Shown one piece after another: positions 35,706-45,428 of a DNA stretch of 64,000 bases. Location of the stretch: the sequence record NC_019521.1. One strand, 5' to 3'. The notes under the pieces were generated by a model that did no database searches, was not told the DNA's origin, and saw nothing but the letters and a program-made list of their open reading frames with translations. A program made the position numbers and the translations under genes. The stretch's first letter is position 1. Every line of letters begins with the position of its first letter.

Positions 35706-36377
35706 ATGCTATCTTTAAACCCAAGAACTGACCTCCCCCAATTTATATTTGATGATAAGTTTTGGATTCCTTCTATTTGTCAGAAATATGACAGGTTTCT
35801 AAAAGCTAAAGAATATCCTATCGATGATATTCGTGAAGTGGTTGCGGAATCATTAAAGTCTTGGGAAATTCCAGGATTATCTCAAAATCTTATAACACAA
35901 CCCCAATTTACTGGTGACGGTGATTTACCAAATGATGTAAATATTCCCGGATACGAAAACAAACGTAATGCTCAAGGTAAAACATTGACATTGACATTTA
36001 GAATGACTGATGGTCTTATAAATTGGTCATGTTTATTTGAACATTTCTGGGCTAAATTGAATGTCGAAAAGAAACTAGTATATTCAGATTTTCCAGTAAT
36101 AACAAGAAACATGTACGGTTCGAAAATGTTCACCATGATATTTAAGGGTGCTATATTCGAATCTATAGACGGATTCGGTGTCGATTATTCTAATTTCGAT
36201 AGATCGTATAAAGAATTTACATGTACCTGGCAATTGGATAAATTCGAAATCGATTTCGTACCACCATTCCAAGACGTTAAAGGTTATGATGATAAGTCTA
36301 ATTCAGTATTCGATATAGACTATGACCATTCAGAACCTTATATTTGTCCAACTCCTAAACCTAGTCTTCCGAAATAA
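35706..36377 (+). CDS. Tail-tube-fold baseplate protein (gp54/gp48-like)
   Basis: Late box at 35669. LTLTFRMTDG...FKGAIFESI...FTCTWQ resembles tube-fold proteins. Precedes the gp53-like gene. Confidence 0.5.
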   Translation: MLSLNPRTDLPQFIFDDKFWIPSICQKYDRFLKAKEYPIDDIREVVAESLKSWEIPGLSQNLITQPQFTGDGDLPNDVNIPGYENKRNAQGKTLTLTFRMTDGLINWSCLFEHFWAKLNVEKKLVYSDFPVITRNMYGSKMFTMIFKGAIFESIDGFGVDYSNFDRSYKEFTCTWQLDKFEIDFVPPFQDVKGYDDKSNSVFDIDYDHSEPYICPTPKPSLPK

Positions 36378-36378
36378 T

Positions 36379-36816
36379 ATGGTTATTAAATTTCAATCAA
36401 TAGACGAAAAGACATTAACTAAAGAAAATGATACAGATTTGCTATCTAAGTTATGGTCTTTACGAAATGCTGAAGTATCTGTTCAAGAATTAGTAGTAAT
36501 CGATAAAGTAACTGCTATGAGATTAGATTTGTTCTGTATGGCTTATTACAAGACTTTGGACGATTTCGATTTATTTCTTAAAGTCAATGGAATCGTTAAT
36601 CCATTCGAAGAACCAATAGGTAGAGTTTTGATAATGCCTGAATTGACATCTCTTAAAGCTAGTATTGATAAGATAAATCTTAATTCTATAGCTAACGATA
36701 AGATAAAAACAGTTTCAACTGATGGAATGTCTAAGTTATCGAATCGAAAGACTAGAAGAGATACGACAAGAGCTATAGGATTTAAACGTCTCGAAAATGG
36801 TAACCTTGTTTTCTAA
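36379..36816 (+). CDS. Baseplate wedge protein (gp53/LysM-like)
   Basis: RLDLFCMAYY...FLKVNGIVNPF...GRVLIMPE. ATG 36379 directly follows the upstream stop. Confidence 0.7.
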   Translation: MVIKFQSIDEKTLTKENDTDLLSKLWSLRNAEVSVQELVVIDKVTAMRLDLFCMAYYKTLDDFDLFLKVNGIVNPFEEPIGRVLIMPELTSLKASIDKINLNSIANDKIKTVSTDGMSKLSNRKTRRDTTRAIGFKRLENGNLVF

Positions 36817-38078
36817 TGATAAAAGAAATAATACACCCAACTTTAGAAGCTAAACAAATAATTGTAAGAACTGACAAAGATGAGGATATTGAAGTTCTTG
36901 AGAAAGTAGTTGGTAAAACTTATCCACTGATAAGAGTACTTGACAGAACTATTAATATCGATCAAATTCAGGACTTTAGATACAAAATAGGAGCTTCGTT
37001 ACTTCCAGAAATATCTTTGATTATAACTGACGAAAACAATCGTTTGCGTGAGAAATTGAAAACAAATATCGATACTATAACGGTTTATCTGAGTAATAAT
37101 ATCGATGGTTCGTTTTCAAAACAGGAATACATTCTTTCTACTGTATACAGCGATCCAGGTGATGACAATTTGTCAATGAGGGCTATTCTTTACGTACCAA
37201 ATCTTTTCAAACGTGAAATGAGAGCTTTCCAATCGAATTCTATAGATACGATAAAGGAAATATGTTCTGAAGTAGGATTGGGATTATCAAGTAATTTCAC
37301 TCCATCTGATGAACAGGTAAGATTACAAGATAATATTACTAATATCGATTTTATTCGTAATACTGCGGAATCCTCACAGTGTCTAGCAGTTCATATGTTT
37401 ATAGACCAATGGTCATATTTAAATGTTATCGATATTAAGAAAGCTCACGAAACTAATGACGTAATCGAATATACAGTTAACCCATATTCTGGAATCGATT
37501 TAGAAGAACCACAGAATCTAGTATTATCTAACAATTATCTAAAAACTGATATCGTTGGGAAAATAATGTTTTGGTCAGTAAATGATTCTTACGGAATCAA
37601 ATCTTTATCGTATGTTAGTTTATACGATATCGAAAACTTTGATTTAGTTGAACTTGATAAAACTGATACAGTACAGATAACAGCTGAATCTGAAGAACTT
37701 AGAGCAGAAAAACGTAAGTTACTTGTCAAAAGTGATAACGTTTGGGATGGATATTTTCAATCTAAGTATTATGGTAATTTCGTTAAAGATACTTTGAATC
37801 AATCAGCAGAATTAATCGTTAGAATGCAATATCCGTTACATGCTATTCATCCAGGATTATCATTACCTGTTGAAATCTTTAACACTCAGAAAAGAACGAA
37901 TTCGTATGATCAAGAAGATGAAAACTTATCTATCGAAGAAATGCCTCAAGAAACGGGTGATGAAGCTAGGAAATTAGTTAAGAACGAATTGTATTCAGGT
38001 CAGTATTATGTTCGACAAGTTGAAATGAACTATAACGAAAACATAATTGAACAAACACTTTATCTGAAACAGATTTAA
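36816..38078 (+). CDS. Baseplate hub-like protein (gp27/gpD-like)
   Basis: 420 aa coupled to the gp53-like gene. Has SIDTIKEICSEVGL, QDNITNIDFI and YSGQYYVRQVE. Confidence 0.45.
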   Translation: MIKEIIHPTLEAKQIIVRTDKDEDIEVLEKVVGKTYPLIRVLDRTINIDQIQDFRYKIGASLLPEISLIITDENNRLREKLKTNIDTITVYLSNNIDGSFSKQEYILSTVYSDPGDDNLSMRAILYVPNLFKREMRAFQSNSIDTIKEICSEVGLGLSSNFTPSDEQVRLQDNITNIDFIRNTAESSQCLAVHMFIDQWSYLNVIDIKKAHETNDVIEYTVNPYSGIDLEEPQNLVLSNNYLKTDIVGKIMFWSVNDSYGIKSLSYVSLYDIENFDLVELDKTDTVQITAESEELRAEKRKLLVKSDNVWDGYFQSKYYGNFVKDTLNQSAELIVRMQYPLHAIHPGLSLPVEIFNTQKRTNSYDQEDENLSIEEMPQETGDEARKLVKNELYSGQYYVRQVEMNYNENIIEQTLYLKQI

Positions 38079-38084
38079 TACATA
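38077..38084 (+). promoter_or_regulatory. Late promoter box AATACATA
   Basis: Heads the operon with three tagged genes and gp4. Confidence 0.65.
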
Positions 38085-38102
38085 TTCTTATAAAACAAAG
38101 CT

Positions 38103-38246
38103 ATGAAACAAGGAGACAAAGTAATTCATAATGTACATGGTGCTGGTATAGTTCAATCAGTAAATGGAAACGAAGTAACAGTAAATTTTCCAACATGTAG
38201 ATTGACTGTAAATATATCAGAACTTCAAAAACCTTTATTCAGTTAA
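38103..38246 (+). CDS. Small SH3-fold-like protein (not in ORF track)
   Basis: MKQGDKVIHNVHGAGIVQSVNGNEVTVNFPTCRLTVNISELQKPLFS, 47 aa, 18 nt after late box 38077. Confidence 0.6.
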   Translation: MKQGDKVIHNVHGAGIVQSVNGNEVTVNFPTCRLTVNISELQKPLFS

Positions 38247-38247
38247 T

Positions 38248-38631
38248 ATGAAAACATTAGTTCAACTTTTCGAATCTAAAGATTATTCTAAGAACGATTT
38301 AGCTCTTATCGCTAAAGACACTATCGAAAGAATGTCTACAAAACGTTTAACTGATATCGAAGCTAAAATAAATTCGAATAACTCTTTATCTATTTCAGCT
38401 AAATCGGATGGTAAAGCTTTTAGTTTTAGTCTAAGATTTGTAGTTAAAACTAGAACGGTTAGTGATAAAGTTTCAGACTATGAGATTATCGTTATTACAG
38501 AAGGTTCGAATATCAATAGTACTAATTCGTTAAAACAATATAAGAAGTTACATGAAATGATATTCCTGAAATCTACTTTCAAGAATGAAATCACTTCAAC
38601 TGTTATCAAATCACTTCAAGGGAAATTCTAA
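38248..38631 (+). CDS. Putative capsid-internal protein (leader MKTLVQLFES)
   Basis: Shared N-terminal tag, in a late operon. Confidence 0.65.
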   Translation: MKTLVQLFESKDYSKNDLALIAKDTIERMSTKRLTDIEAKINSNNSLSISAKSDGKAFSFSLRFVVKTRTVSDKVSDYEIIVITEGSNINSTNSLKQYKKLHEMIFLKSTFKNEITSTVIKSLQGKF

Positions 38632-39029
38632 TGAAAACACTTTCGAAATTATACGAAGCTTTCGTAGAAAAAGAAATCGATACTAATTCTAATACGATAC
38701 ATAGAATAATAGCTGACGCTTTCAGAAGATGTGTATCAGTTGGTGAAATCAAGAGACTTAGAAATCTTGAAAGTTTAGAAATAGAAACTAACGGTAACGA
38801 ACATAAAGGTTTACTAGAATTCGAAGCTACAGTAAATCATGTAGAAAGAAAATTCAAAGCTCTTTATTCAGTAATCGATTCTAACGAAAGGATAAAAATA
38901 TCTATTATCATAAACCTTATAAACGAAGAAGTTTCTAGCATAAACGAAGAATTAGTAATCGAAGGAATTGACTTACAGAATCAAGTTATTCTGTTAGTTG
39001 AAAAATTATTACGTAATATAGAAATATAA
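38631..39029 (+). CDS. Putative capsid-internal protein (leader MKTLSKLYEA)
   Basis: Shared N-terminal tag. Confidence 0.65.
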   Translation: MKTLSKLYEAFVEKEIDTNSNTIHRIIADAFRRCVSVGEIKRLRNLESLEIETNGNEHKGLLEFEATVNHVERKFKALYSVIDSNERIKISIIINLINEEVSSINEELVIEGIDLQNQVILLVEKLLRNIEI

Positions 39030-39030
39030 A

Positions 39031-39696
39031 ATGAAAACAATATCAAAACTATACGAATCGAGACTTAACGAAAACTTGAATACAGAGTTATCATACTTTG
39101 CTAACGTAACTAAAGTTTCTAAAACATTTTTAGAAACTTTACCAAAAGTACAAAAAATAATAGATTCACATTATCCATCAAGTAAGTCTAAACTAATACT
39201 CGAACCATCTTTCTATACTGATTCGGTGAAAGTTTCTATAGGTAATGACAAATGGGGTTATGGATATTCATATGCTAGCAGTTATACAAAAACCCCTGAT
39301 CAGAATATGTTAGCTTTATGTTCTGAATTGTTTGATCTTAATGCTTTCGATTCTGTTGCTATAAACAATGGTACATTGAATTTATCGATCAGTTTCAATG
39401 ATTCAGCATCGTTACGAAAGAAAACTTTAGATAGTATTAAGAAATCAAAACTTGACGATTCTAAATTGAATTTTATAACACCTAGAAATCGTGATAATGT
39501 TTATCTTTATATTGACAATGTCTGGGTAAGTGCTCATATAATGGAAGAGGGTGGTTCTAAAATAAAATATGTTTTAGATAAACCTGACCCTGTAACTAAA
39601 GAAAGAGTTTTCTATGCAGACATGAAATCGTTTGTTTTTTCTGACCCATTAAAGGTTAAGAATTATGATAATGATTTAATTTTCTGGAAACCTTAA
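39031..39696 (+). CDS. Putative capsid-internal protein (leader MKTISKLYESRLNE)
   Basis: Shared N-terminal tag with a second LNE. Confidence 0.65.
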   Translation: MKTISKLYESRLNENLNTELSYFANVTKVSKTFLETLPKVQKIIDSHYPSSKSKLILEPSFYTDSVKVSIGNDKWGYGYSYASSYTKTPDQNMLALCSELFDLNAFDSVAINNGTLNLSISFNDSASLRKKTLDSIKKSKLDDSKLNFITPRNRDNVYLYIDNVWVSAHIMEEGGSKIKYVLDKPDPVTKERVFYADMKSFVFSDPLKVKNYDNDLIFWKP

Positions 39697-39706
39697 ACAT
39701 CATCAA

Positions 39707-40192
39707 ATGTCAACTCATATAAAGGACTCTCTTAAACCTAGACTAAATTCTAAGTTTAAGCAAGGGTACTTTGAACAAGCTAGAACAACTGTAAACAAGT
39801 ATATAGGAAAACGTCCAATCATATATCGTAGTTCTTACGAATATGATGCCTTCGTTTGGGCTGATACTTCACCTAATGTCGTACATTGGACAACTGAACC
39901 ATTTCCTATAGAATATACTGACATGACTACAGGTAAGAAACATAAATACTGGATAGACTTGGTTGTAAAATTCAAAGACGGAAGTACAGCTCTTATCGAA
40001 ATCAAACCATTAGCTCAAGTACCTAGATCATTAAACGAGGTAAAACTCGATCCTGTAAAACGTAAGAACTTCCAGAAATGGGAAGCTACTAAAGAATTCT
40101 GTAAACGTAATTATGGTTATAAGTTTATCATACTTACAGAAAAATCTTTATTCGCTTTAACAGGATTGTCAAAATATTCAGCACATAGATAA
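39707..40192 (+). CDS. gp4: Head completion nuclease (T4 gp4 / TnsA-like)
   Basis: FKQGYF, IYRSSYE, WADTSPNVVHW..EPFPIEY, YWID, LIEIKP. Confidence 0.85.
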   Translation: MSTHIKDSLKPRLNSKFKQGYFEQARTTVNKYIGKRPIIYRSSYEYDAFVWADTSPNVVHWTTEPFPIEYTDMTTGKKHKYWIDLVVKFKDGSTALIEIKPLAQVPRSLNEVKLDPVKRKNFQKWEATKEFCKRNYGYKFIILTEKSLFALTGLSKYSAHR

Positions 40193-40204
40193 AACAATAA
40201 ACAT

Positions 40205-40708
40205 ATGAACAGACCATTCTTTAGACAATTAGTAGATTTTCTTAGAAATCATTGTATAGGAGACGTTTTAACTCGTCAACAATTTCTTAAAGAATTCAAG
40301 AATTCGAAATGTACGGAAGCTACTATCGATACTACTAGAAGACAATTAACAGTTGTAGGAATTCTATACGAAACTGATAAATTAGGAATTTACGAACTTG
40401 CAAAATATCCTGAATATGATTTAACAATAAGTCAATTAACGAAACAAGCTTATTGTGTAAATCATGAAGTTATTCTTTCGGACCGTCCAGAAATAATCCG
40501 CAAACTTAGCGATTACTATCTAGAAATCAATAACGATACTGTACCTTCTAATAACGTATTGGAAACTAACAAACTAATATCAGCTTTAATTGATTCGAAG
40601 GATTCTAACGCTTGGGAAATTCTTTATGATTATGTAAAACGAAATGATCGAAGAGAATGGCATAATTACAACAGACATATCAGTCATATAAAAGAAATGC
40701 TAAAATAA
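40205..40708 (+). CDS. Hypothetical protein (possible winged helix)
   Basis: 167 aa. TIDTTRRQLTVVGIL...LGIYEL. Confidence 0.6.
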   Translation: MNRPFFRQLVDFLRNHCIGDVLTRQQFLKEFKNSKCTEATIDTTRRQLTVVGILYETDKLGIYELAKYPEYDLTISQLTKQAYCVNHEVILSDRPEIIRKLSDYYLEINNDTVPSNNVLETNKLISALIDSKDSNAWEILYDYVKRNDRREWHNYNRHISHIKEMLK

Positions 40709-40712
40709 ATAA

Positions 40713-40758
40713 ACGAAACCCTCGGAAACTGAAACTTTCGAGGGTTTCGTAGTATAAT
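40713..40758 (+). promoter_or_regulatory. Hairpin-embedded promoter GAAACT-N16-TATAAT (repeat copy 3)
   Basis: Perfect 12-bp arms ACGAAACCCTCG/CGAGGGTTTCGT. Confidence 0.7.
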
Positions 40759-40785
40759 ATATTTAATTAAATTAAATGTTTTTAT

Positions 40786-41328
40786 ATGTCAACTATTTAT
40801 CAAACAATACTAACAGTTTCAGAAAAATTCAATAGTAAATCGTTTACTTTGGAAACGATATCAGAATTACTATTAGATCATAATCCTTCAACTATTCAGA
40901 CAATACTATCTCACTTAGTTAGAGTTTCAGCGCTAATGAACGAAGCTAATTCTTATATAGTTGAAAACGAAATCGTATTAAATTCGTATCTTGAAAATAC
41001 TGAAAAACTTGTATACGATTCGACTTACATAACTAACGAAGGTCATAAATTCGTAATGACTGAAGAAATACGTAAAGATTTAAATTGGTTGAAGGAATGT
41101 ATAGAAAACGATTCCTTCTCCGGAATAAAGCAAACTACTTCAGGTGCTGGTAAATCGATCAAATTGATATTTGAATTAGTTAAACAGAAAAACGAAACTA
41201 ACGTATTTCATATCTGGTATAGATATAGGTCAAATAACGGATGTTCTCAACGTAAAACAAACGCTTACAAATATCGTTATAGTTTACATAATGTAATACC
41301 AGAAATCAAGGACATATTTACAAACTAA
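40786..41328 (+). CDS. Hypothetical early protein (possible winged helix)
   Basis: 180 aa after hairpin promoter 40731. Confidence 0.6.
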   Translation: MSTIYQTILTVSEKFNSKSFTLETISELLLDHNPSTIQTILSHLVRVSALMNEANSYIVENEIVLNSYLENTEKLVYDSTYITNEGHKFVMTEEIRKDLNWLKECIENDSFSGIKQTTSGAGKSIKLIFELVKQKNETNVFHIWYRYRSNNGCSQRKTNAYKYRYSLHNVIPEIKDIFTN

Positions 41329-41342
41329 AAATACTTTCAATT

Positions 41343-41888
41343 ATGAACATTCAAGAACAAAAACCTTTCCAACTTTACATTCATTCTGACAATGTTGCAA
41401 GATTCAAAACACAATACTTCAATTCGTTAGAAGATGCTAAGAATTATATTCTTACAGATTTCGTAGAACTTGTTAGAGAAAGATATCACGAAAACATGTT
41501 CAAGACTATTACGTTTTCGTTATATGATAATCAGATTAAATCTGTTTCTAATCCAAAGCTTTACAGATTCAGATATAACGATAATCTAGAAATAGAACAG
41601 TTCAATGCTAAACAAGGATTTGAACTATCGTTATCAGTTTTACTTGTAGAAGATATTACATCTATCATTACACCATATTTCAATGATGTAAAACCTATCG
41701 AAGAAGCTAAACTTTCGAAACGTGAATTAGAAAGGGGTATGTGTCATTTAAGTACCACTTTCATGCATTTCGGACTAGAGTTAGGAATATCTTTCTGTAC
41801 TACAGCTTTAACCCCTATGAAAGACAACAAATATGCTAGATTCGCTATAGTGTCATTCGACGGTCAAGAAATCTATATAACTTACTAA
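41343..41888 (+). CDS. Hypothetical protein
   Basis: 181 aa with the conserved AAATACTTTCAATT leader. Confidence 0.6.
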   Translation: MNIQEQKPFQLYIHSDNVARFKTQYFNSLEDAKNYILTDFVELVRERYHENMFKTITFSLYDNQIKSVSNPKLYRFRYNDNLEIEQFNAKQGFELSLSVLLVEDITSIITPYFNDVKPIEEAKLSKRELERGMCHLSTTFMHFGLELGISFCTTALTPMKDNKYARFAIVSFDGQEIYITY

Positions 41889-42508
41889 TGAACAAAATAT
41901 TAAGATACTTCGATGTAGTAAAGGGTCGCTCACAAGGTGACCTTAAATCATGGTCAAAGTTACATGAACAAACTAAGAACTATGATAAGTTCAATACTTT
42001 ACTTGAATCAGGTGAAATCGTTAAAATTCCAAATTCTTACAATTACTGTACTAAGAAACGATTAAATGAAGCAATCTTTCAAGTTCTGAGAGAAGAATGG
42101 TTAAAGTACTTTAGAATTTTGATGCGTGACAAATATCACACTCAGCTTGAACGTGGTACATGGTTATTAAATAGTCTTGGTTCTAGTAGAGAAGACAAGA
42201 TATTCGAAATCAAAATGAATCTTAGAAATATCGAAAAGAAGGTTCAGGATTTAGGAAAAACTATTAGTCCTTACTGTTATCAGAAAGTTCTGAAAGAAAT
42301 TCTAACGAAACTATTTGAAAGAAGATCAGTAGTTAAAGATGATATCAGACATTGGAGGGAAAAACATAATTTTCCTTGTCAATCTATGTTCAACGAACTA
42401 GAACTATCTGAGAGATATATAACAGAACTTTGTCAAACGTTAAAAGAATTGTACAAAACGAAAACAAAACATTTCAAGTATTTCAAAGATAAGTATACAT
42501 ATTTCTAA
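41888..42508 (+). CDS. Hypothetical basic helical protein
   Basis: 206 aa, coupled to the upstream gene. Confidence 0.6.
   Translation: MNKILRYFDVVKGRSQGDLKSWSKLHEQTKNYDKFNTLLESGEIVKIPNSYNYCTKKRLNEAIFQVLREEWLKYFRILMRDKYHTQLERGTWLLNSLGSSREDKIFEIKMNLRNIEKKVQDLGKTISPYCYQKVLKEILTKLFERRSVVKDDIRHWREKHNFPCQSMFNELELSERYITELCQTLKELYKTKTKHFKYFKDKYTYF
42494..42501 (+). promoter_or_regulatory. Late promoter box TATACATA
   Basis: 16 nt before the gp2-like ATG. Confidence 0.65.
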
Positions 42509-42517
42509 GGATAAACT

Positions 42518-43267
42518 ATGGCTTCACTTAGAGACAGAGTTACTAGAGCTTCTAAATCAATGACTAGTACTTTCAAAGATGTAACAAAATCTATTTCAGA
42601 CTTCTTCGGAAAGTTCAAACGAATATTCCAATCATATGACTTATTCAAGGAAATAAAAAATCATCCTTGGAATGGACCACAGGGTCGTATACAAGCCTAT
42701 GACTGGTATCGTAAATATCGTAAAGATAAAAAGAACTGGCTTAAGGGTCAATTAATGAAACAAGGTCAATTATATATGTTCGATTACGTCGATCCTAAAT
42801 ACAAAGACGTTTTACCTTGGTTCGATGAGAATCCGTTGGTTATTTCATTAGGTCCTGTAAAAACCTCACTAGGTTGGAGAACGATCAACATAAACTTACA
42901 TTTATTACCACCGATTACTAGAAAGATAGTAATGTCAAAGATATTCGATTTCAATAAGAATCGTTATAAAGCTTTGATGGGTGTAAATAATCCTAAAGCT
43001 ATTCCTAGCGTTAATTACAAATCGTTAATACAGCCTTTAGAGCAGTATGGAATAGGTTTCGCAATTCGTATGTACATTCCTGAATTACAAAAGAACATTG
43101 TAGAATTTCAGTTAGAAGAATGGAAAAATGCAATATTCTTAGAATCCAGAAAATTGAACGGAATTACAGCTCCTAAACTTCAACAAGAATGGGAAACTTT
43201 CGTTGAAGAACATAACAAAAAGAAATCGACTAAACAGAAACTAAGAAAAAATTGGTTCGGATCATAA
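42518..43267 (+). CDS. gp2: DNA end protector protein (T4 gp2-like)
   Basis: GQLYMFDYVDPKYKDVLPWFDENPLVI and INLHLLPP. Late box at 42494. Confidence 0.85.
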   Translation: MASLRDRVTRASKSMTSTFKDVTKSISDFFGKFKRIFQSYDLFKEIKNHPWNGPQGRIQAYDWYRKYRKDKKNWLKGQLMKQGQLYMFDYVDPKYKDVLPWFDENPLVISLGPVKTSLGWRTININLHLLPPITRKIVMSKIFDFNKNRYKALMGVNNPKAIPSVNYKSLIQPLEQYGIGFAIRMYIPELQKNIVEFQLEEWKNAIFLESRKLNGITAPKLQQEWETFVEEHNKKKSTKQKLRKNWFGS

Positions 43268-43276
43268 ATCAAAGAA

Positions 43277-43528
43277 ATGAAAGAAACATTCAACACTAAA
43301 GACGCAACAGGTAAAGAAATTGTAATCGGTGAGAAATATGGATATTCTCAATCAACTAACGGTTATTCAGATGTTAGAATCGGTATAGCTAAATCTTTCA
43401 CACCGAAAGGATTACTGACATTAACGGAAGTAAAAGCTACAAGATCTCTGTACAACGATGAAGCTATTGAAACTGGTCATAAAGGTACTTGTTCAGTTAA
43501 ACCTTCTATGTTATTCAAAATCGTTTAA
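43277..43528 (+). CDS. Hypothetical protein
   Basis: 83 aa. DATGKEIVIGEKYGY is a common small phage beta-barrel start. Confidence 0.6.
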   Translation: MKETFNTKDATGKEIVIGEKYGYSQSTNGYSDVRIGIAKSFTPKGLLTLTEVKATRSLYNDEAIETGHKGTCSVKPSMLFKIV

Positions 43529-44025
43529 TGCGAAATCTAATCTATACTGGAATCGGGAGTCGAGAAACTCCCGATTTAGTTTTGTCAATTATGTCTAAGA
43601 TAGCAAAATTCTTAGAAACTAAAGGTTATACTGTTAGAAGTGGTGGTGCTCCTGGAGCTGACTTAGCTTTCGATATCGATATAACTAATAAAGAAATCTA
43701 TTTACCTTGGTATCGTTTTAATGATAACAATTCTAAACTATTCAAGCTTACTAATGAAGCTAGAGAAATAGCTGAGAAGTTTCACCCAGCTTGGAATAAA
43801 CTATCAGAAGCTGCTAGAAAACTAATGACTAGAAATGTTTATCAAGTATTGGGTTTCGATCTTAAATCACCTACTAATTTTATTATATGTTGGACGAAGG
43901 ATGGTAAGGCATCACGAGGTACTGGACAAGCGTTAAGAATCGCAAAATATTATAATATACCAGTTTATAATCTGTTTAATCAGAGTGATCGAAATGATCT
44001 TAAAATGAAACTTAGTATGATGTAA
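43528..44025 (+). CDS. SLOG/DprA-like Rossmann-fold protein
   Basis: YTGIGSRETP, RSGGAPGAD, EIYLPW, RNVYQVLG, GTGQALRIA. Confidence 0.8.
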   Translation: MRNLIYTGIGSRETPDLVLSIMSKIAKFLETKGYTVRSGGAPGADLAFDIDITNKEIYLPWYRFNDNNSKLFKLTNEAREIAEKFHPAWNKLSEAARKLMTRNVYQVLGFDLKSPTNFIICWTKDGKASRGTGQALRIAKYYNIPVYNLFNQSDRNDLKMKLSMM

Positions 44026-44031
44026 TACATA
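44024..44031 (+). promoter_or_regulatory. Late promoter box AATACATA
   Basis: Heads five consecutive tagged genes. Confidence 0.7.
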
Positions 44032-44050
44032 TTTCTAAATATCTTAAATA

Positions 44051-44512
44051 ATGAAATCACTTACAAACTTATACGAAAATAAGCTTAACGAAGCTTCAGG
44101 AACTTTTAGCTCTTTGGAATCTAATATGAATTCTTCTATAGATTCTGTAAAGAATCATATTGATTCGGAATTAAAGGAGCTTTTAGCTAAACAATCTAAA
44201 ATAAAGGATGCTAAATCTAAGACTGCTAAAGCTATTAAAGTAATTGAAAATGTTCTTCCAGAATTTACAGAATTACATGCAACTTATAAGATCATGACAT
44301 TCAATGACAGTATTTGCATAGAATTTACTATTCCTAGTGAAATAATGAATGACAAAACTTCGAATATAAAGAAAGATGTTGTTTATTTCAATAATTTCAT
44401 TAAAGCTAATAAATCGGAACTGGATAAAACTTTTAGTTTTGCTGGTGTAACTAGATATAATTCAGAATTCTCCGGAAATAGCTATAGTGATTTAATACTA
44501 GTTCTTAAATAA
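44051..44512 (+). CDS. Putative capsid-internal protein (leader MKSLTNLYENKLNE)
   Basis: Shared tag, first gene after late box 44024. Confidence 0.65.
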   Translation: MKSLTNLYENKLNEASGTFSSLESNMNSSIDSVKNHIDSELKELLAKQSKIKDAKSKTAKAIKVIENVLPEFTELHATYKIMTFNDSICIEFTIPSEIMNDKTSNIKKDVVYFNNFIKANKSELDKTFSFAGVTRYNSEFSGNSYSDLILVLK

Positions 44513-44520
44513 TTTAAATA

Positions 44521-44796
44521 ATGAAATCACTTACGAAATTATACGAATCTAAACTTAACGAAAGTGAGGAAATCGACAAAGTAAAAATGAAACAGGCTTT
44601 GGTTACTTTTCAGAAGTCTAACGATCTAATAAAACTTGAAAAAGACTTACTAGCACTTAATCCATATAAAAACGGTATACAATACAATGCTTATATTGAC
44701 TGGATTAATGACAATATCAAATGGTATAAGAACGGTGATACTTATGTATTTTCTTTAACAAGCTCCGGATCGGTTCTTAATTCGTTAGACGATTAA
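44521..44796 (+). CDS. Putative capsid-internal protein (leader MKSLTKLYESKLNE)
   Basis: Shared tag. Confidence 0.65.
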   Translation: MKSLTKLYESKLNESEEIDKVKMKQALVTFQKSNDLIKLEKDLLALNPYKNGIQYNAYIDWINDNIKWYKNGDTYVFSLTSSGSVLNSLDD

Positions 44797-44799
44797 ATT

Positions 44800-45426
44800 A
44801 TGAAAACTCTTACTTCCCTACTATTCGAATCTTACAATTCTGACATAAGGAAACTTGAGTTAAAGCTTCAGTCTTTTGGTTATACTGTTCGACATGATAC
44901 AAGTAGACCAAAAGGCTTTGCTTTAGAAATTAGATTACCTAAGGATCAGTTATATGTACCTGAGGATTTAGAAATACTTTCTAAGAACTTGGAAGCTTAT
45001 CCTAATCTTTTAATGATCGATGCTAAAGTCGGGGAAGATAAGAATTACGTAGATTTCATCTTTCCAGTAACAGAAAGATTCGTTGATAAAGTTTATCATG
45101 TAACTTCTAAGAAATGGATAGAATCGATAACTGAAAAAGGTTTATTATGTTCTAGACCTACTGATGCTTCTGATAACATTAAGAAACATGAATCAAAAGA
45201 ATCTTTCAGAGATAGAAAATACAAAGCTGTTTTCGTAATATCGAATTTAGAAGACGCTAAGAAAGTTTCTAAGATGTTCGACTTCGAAGAACCTCAACTT
45301 ATCGAATTAGATACAAAGAATCTTAAATTTTTCGAAGATCCAATGATGCCTGAAGAAATGGATTCATTAGTTCATTTCGATGACATAGAACCAAAAAGAA
45401 TAATTAACATAACTGACATTAAATAA
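44800..45426 (+). CDS. Tagged protein with ADP-ribosyltransferase/Tpt1-like domain (leader MKTLTSLLFES)
   Basis: VYHVTSKKWIESITEKGLL, VFVISNLEDA, LIELDT, FEDP, DIEPKRI follow the ART-fold layout. Confidence 0.55.
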   Translation: MKTLTSLLFESYNSDIRKLELKLQSFGYTVRHDTSRPKGFALEIRLPKDQLYVPEDLEILSKNLEAYPNLLMIDAKVGEDKNYVDFIFPVTERFVDKVYHVTSKKWIESITEKGLLCSRPTDASDNIKKHESKESFRDRKYKAVFVISNLEDAKKVSKMFDFEEPQLIELDTKNLKFFEDPMMPEEMDSLVHFDDIEPKRIINITDIK

Positions 45427-45428
45427 AC

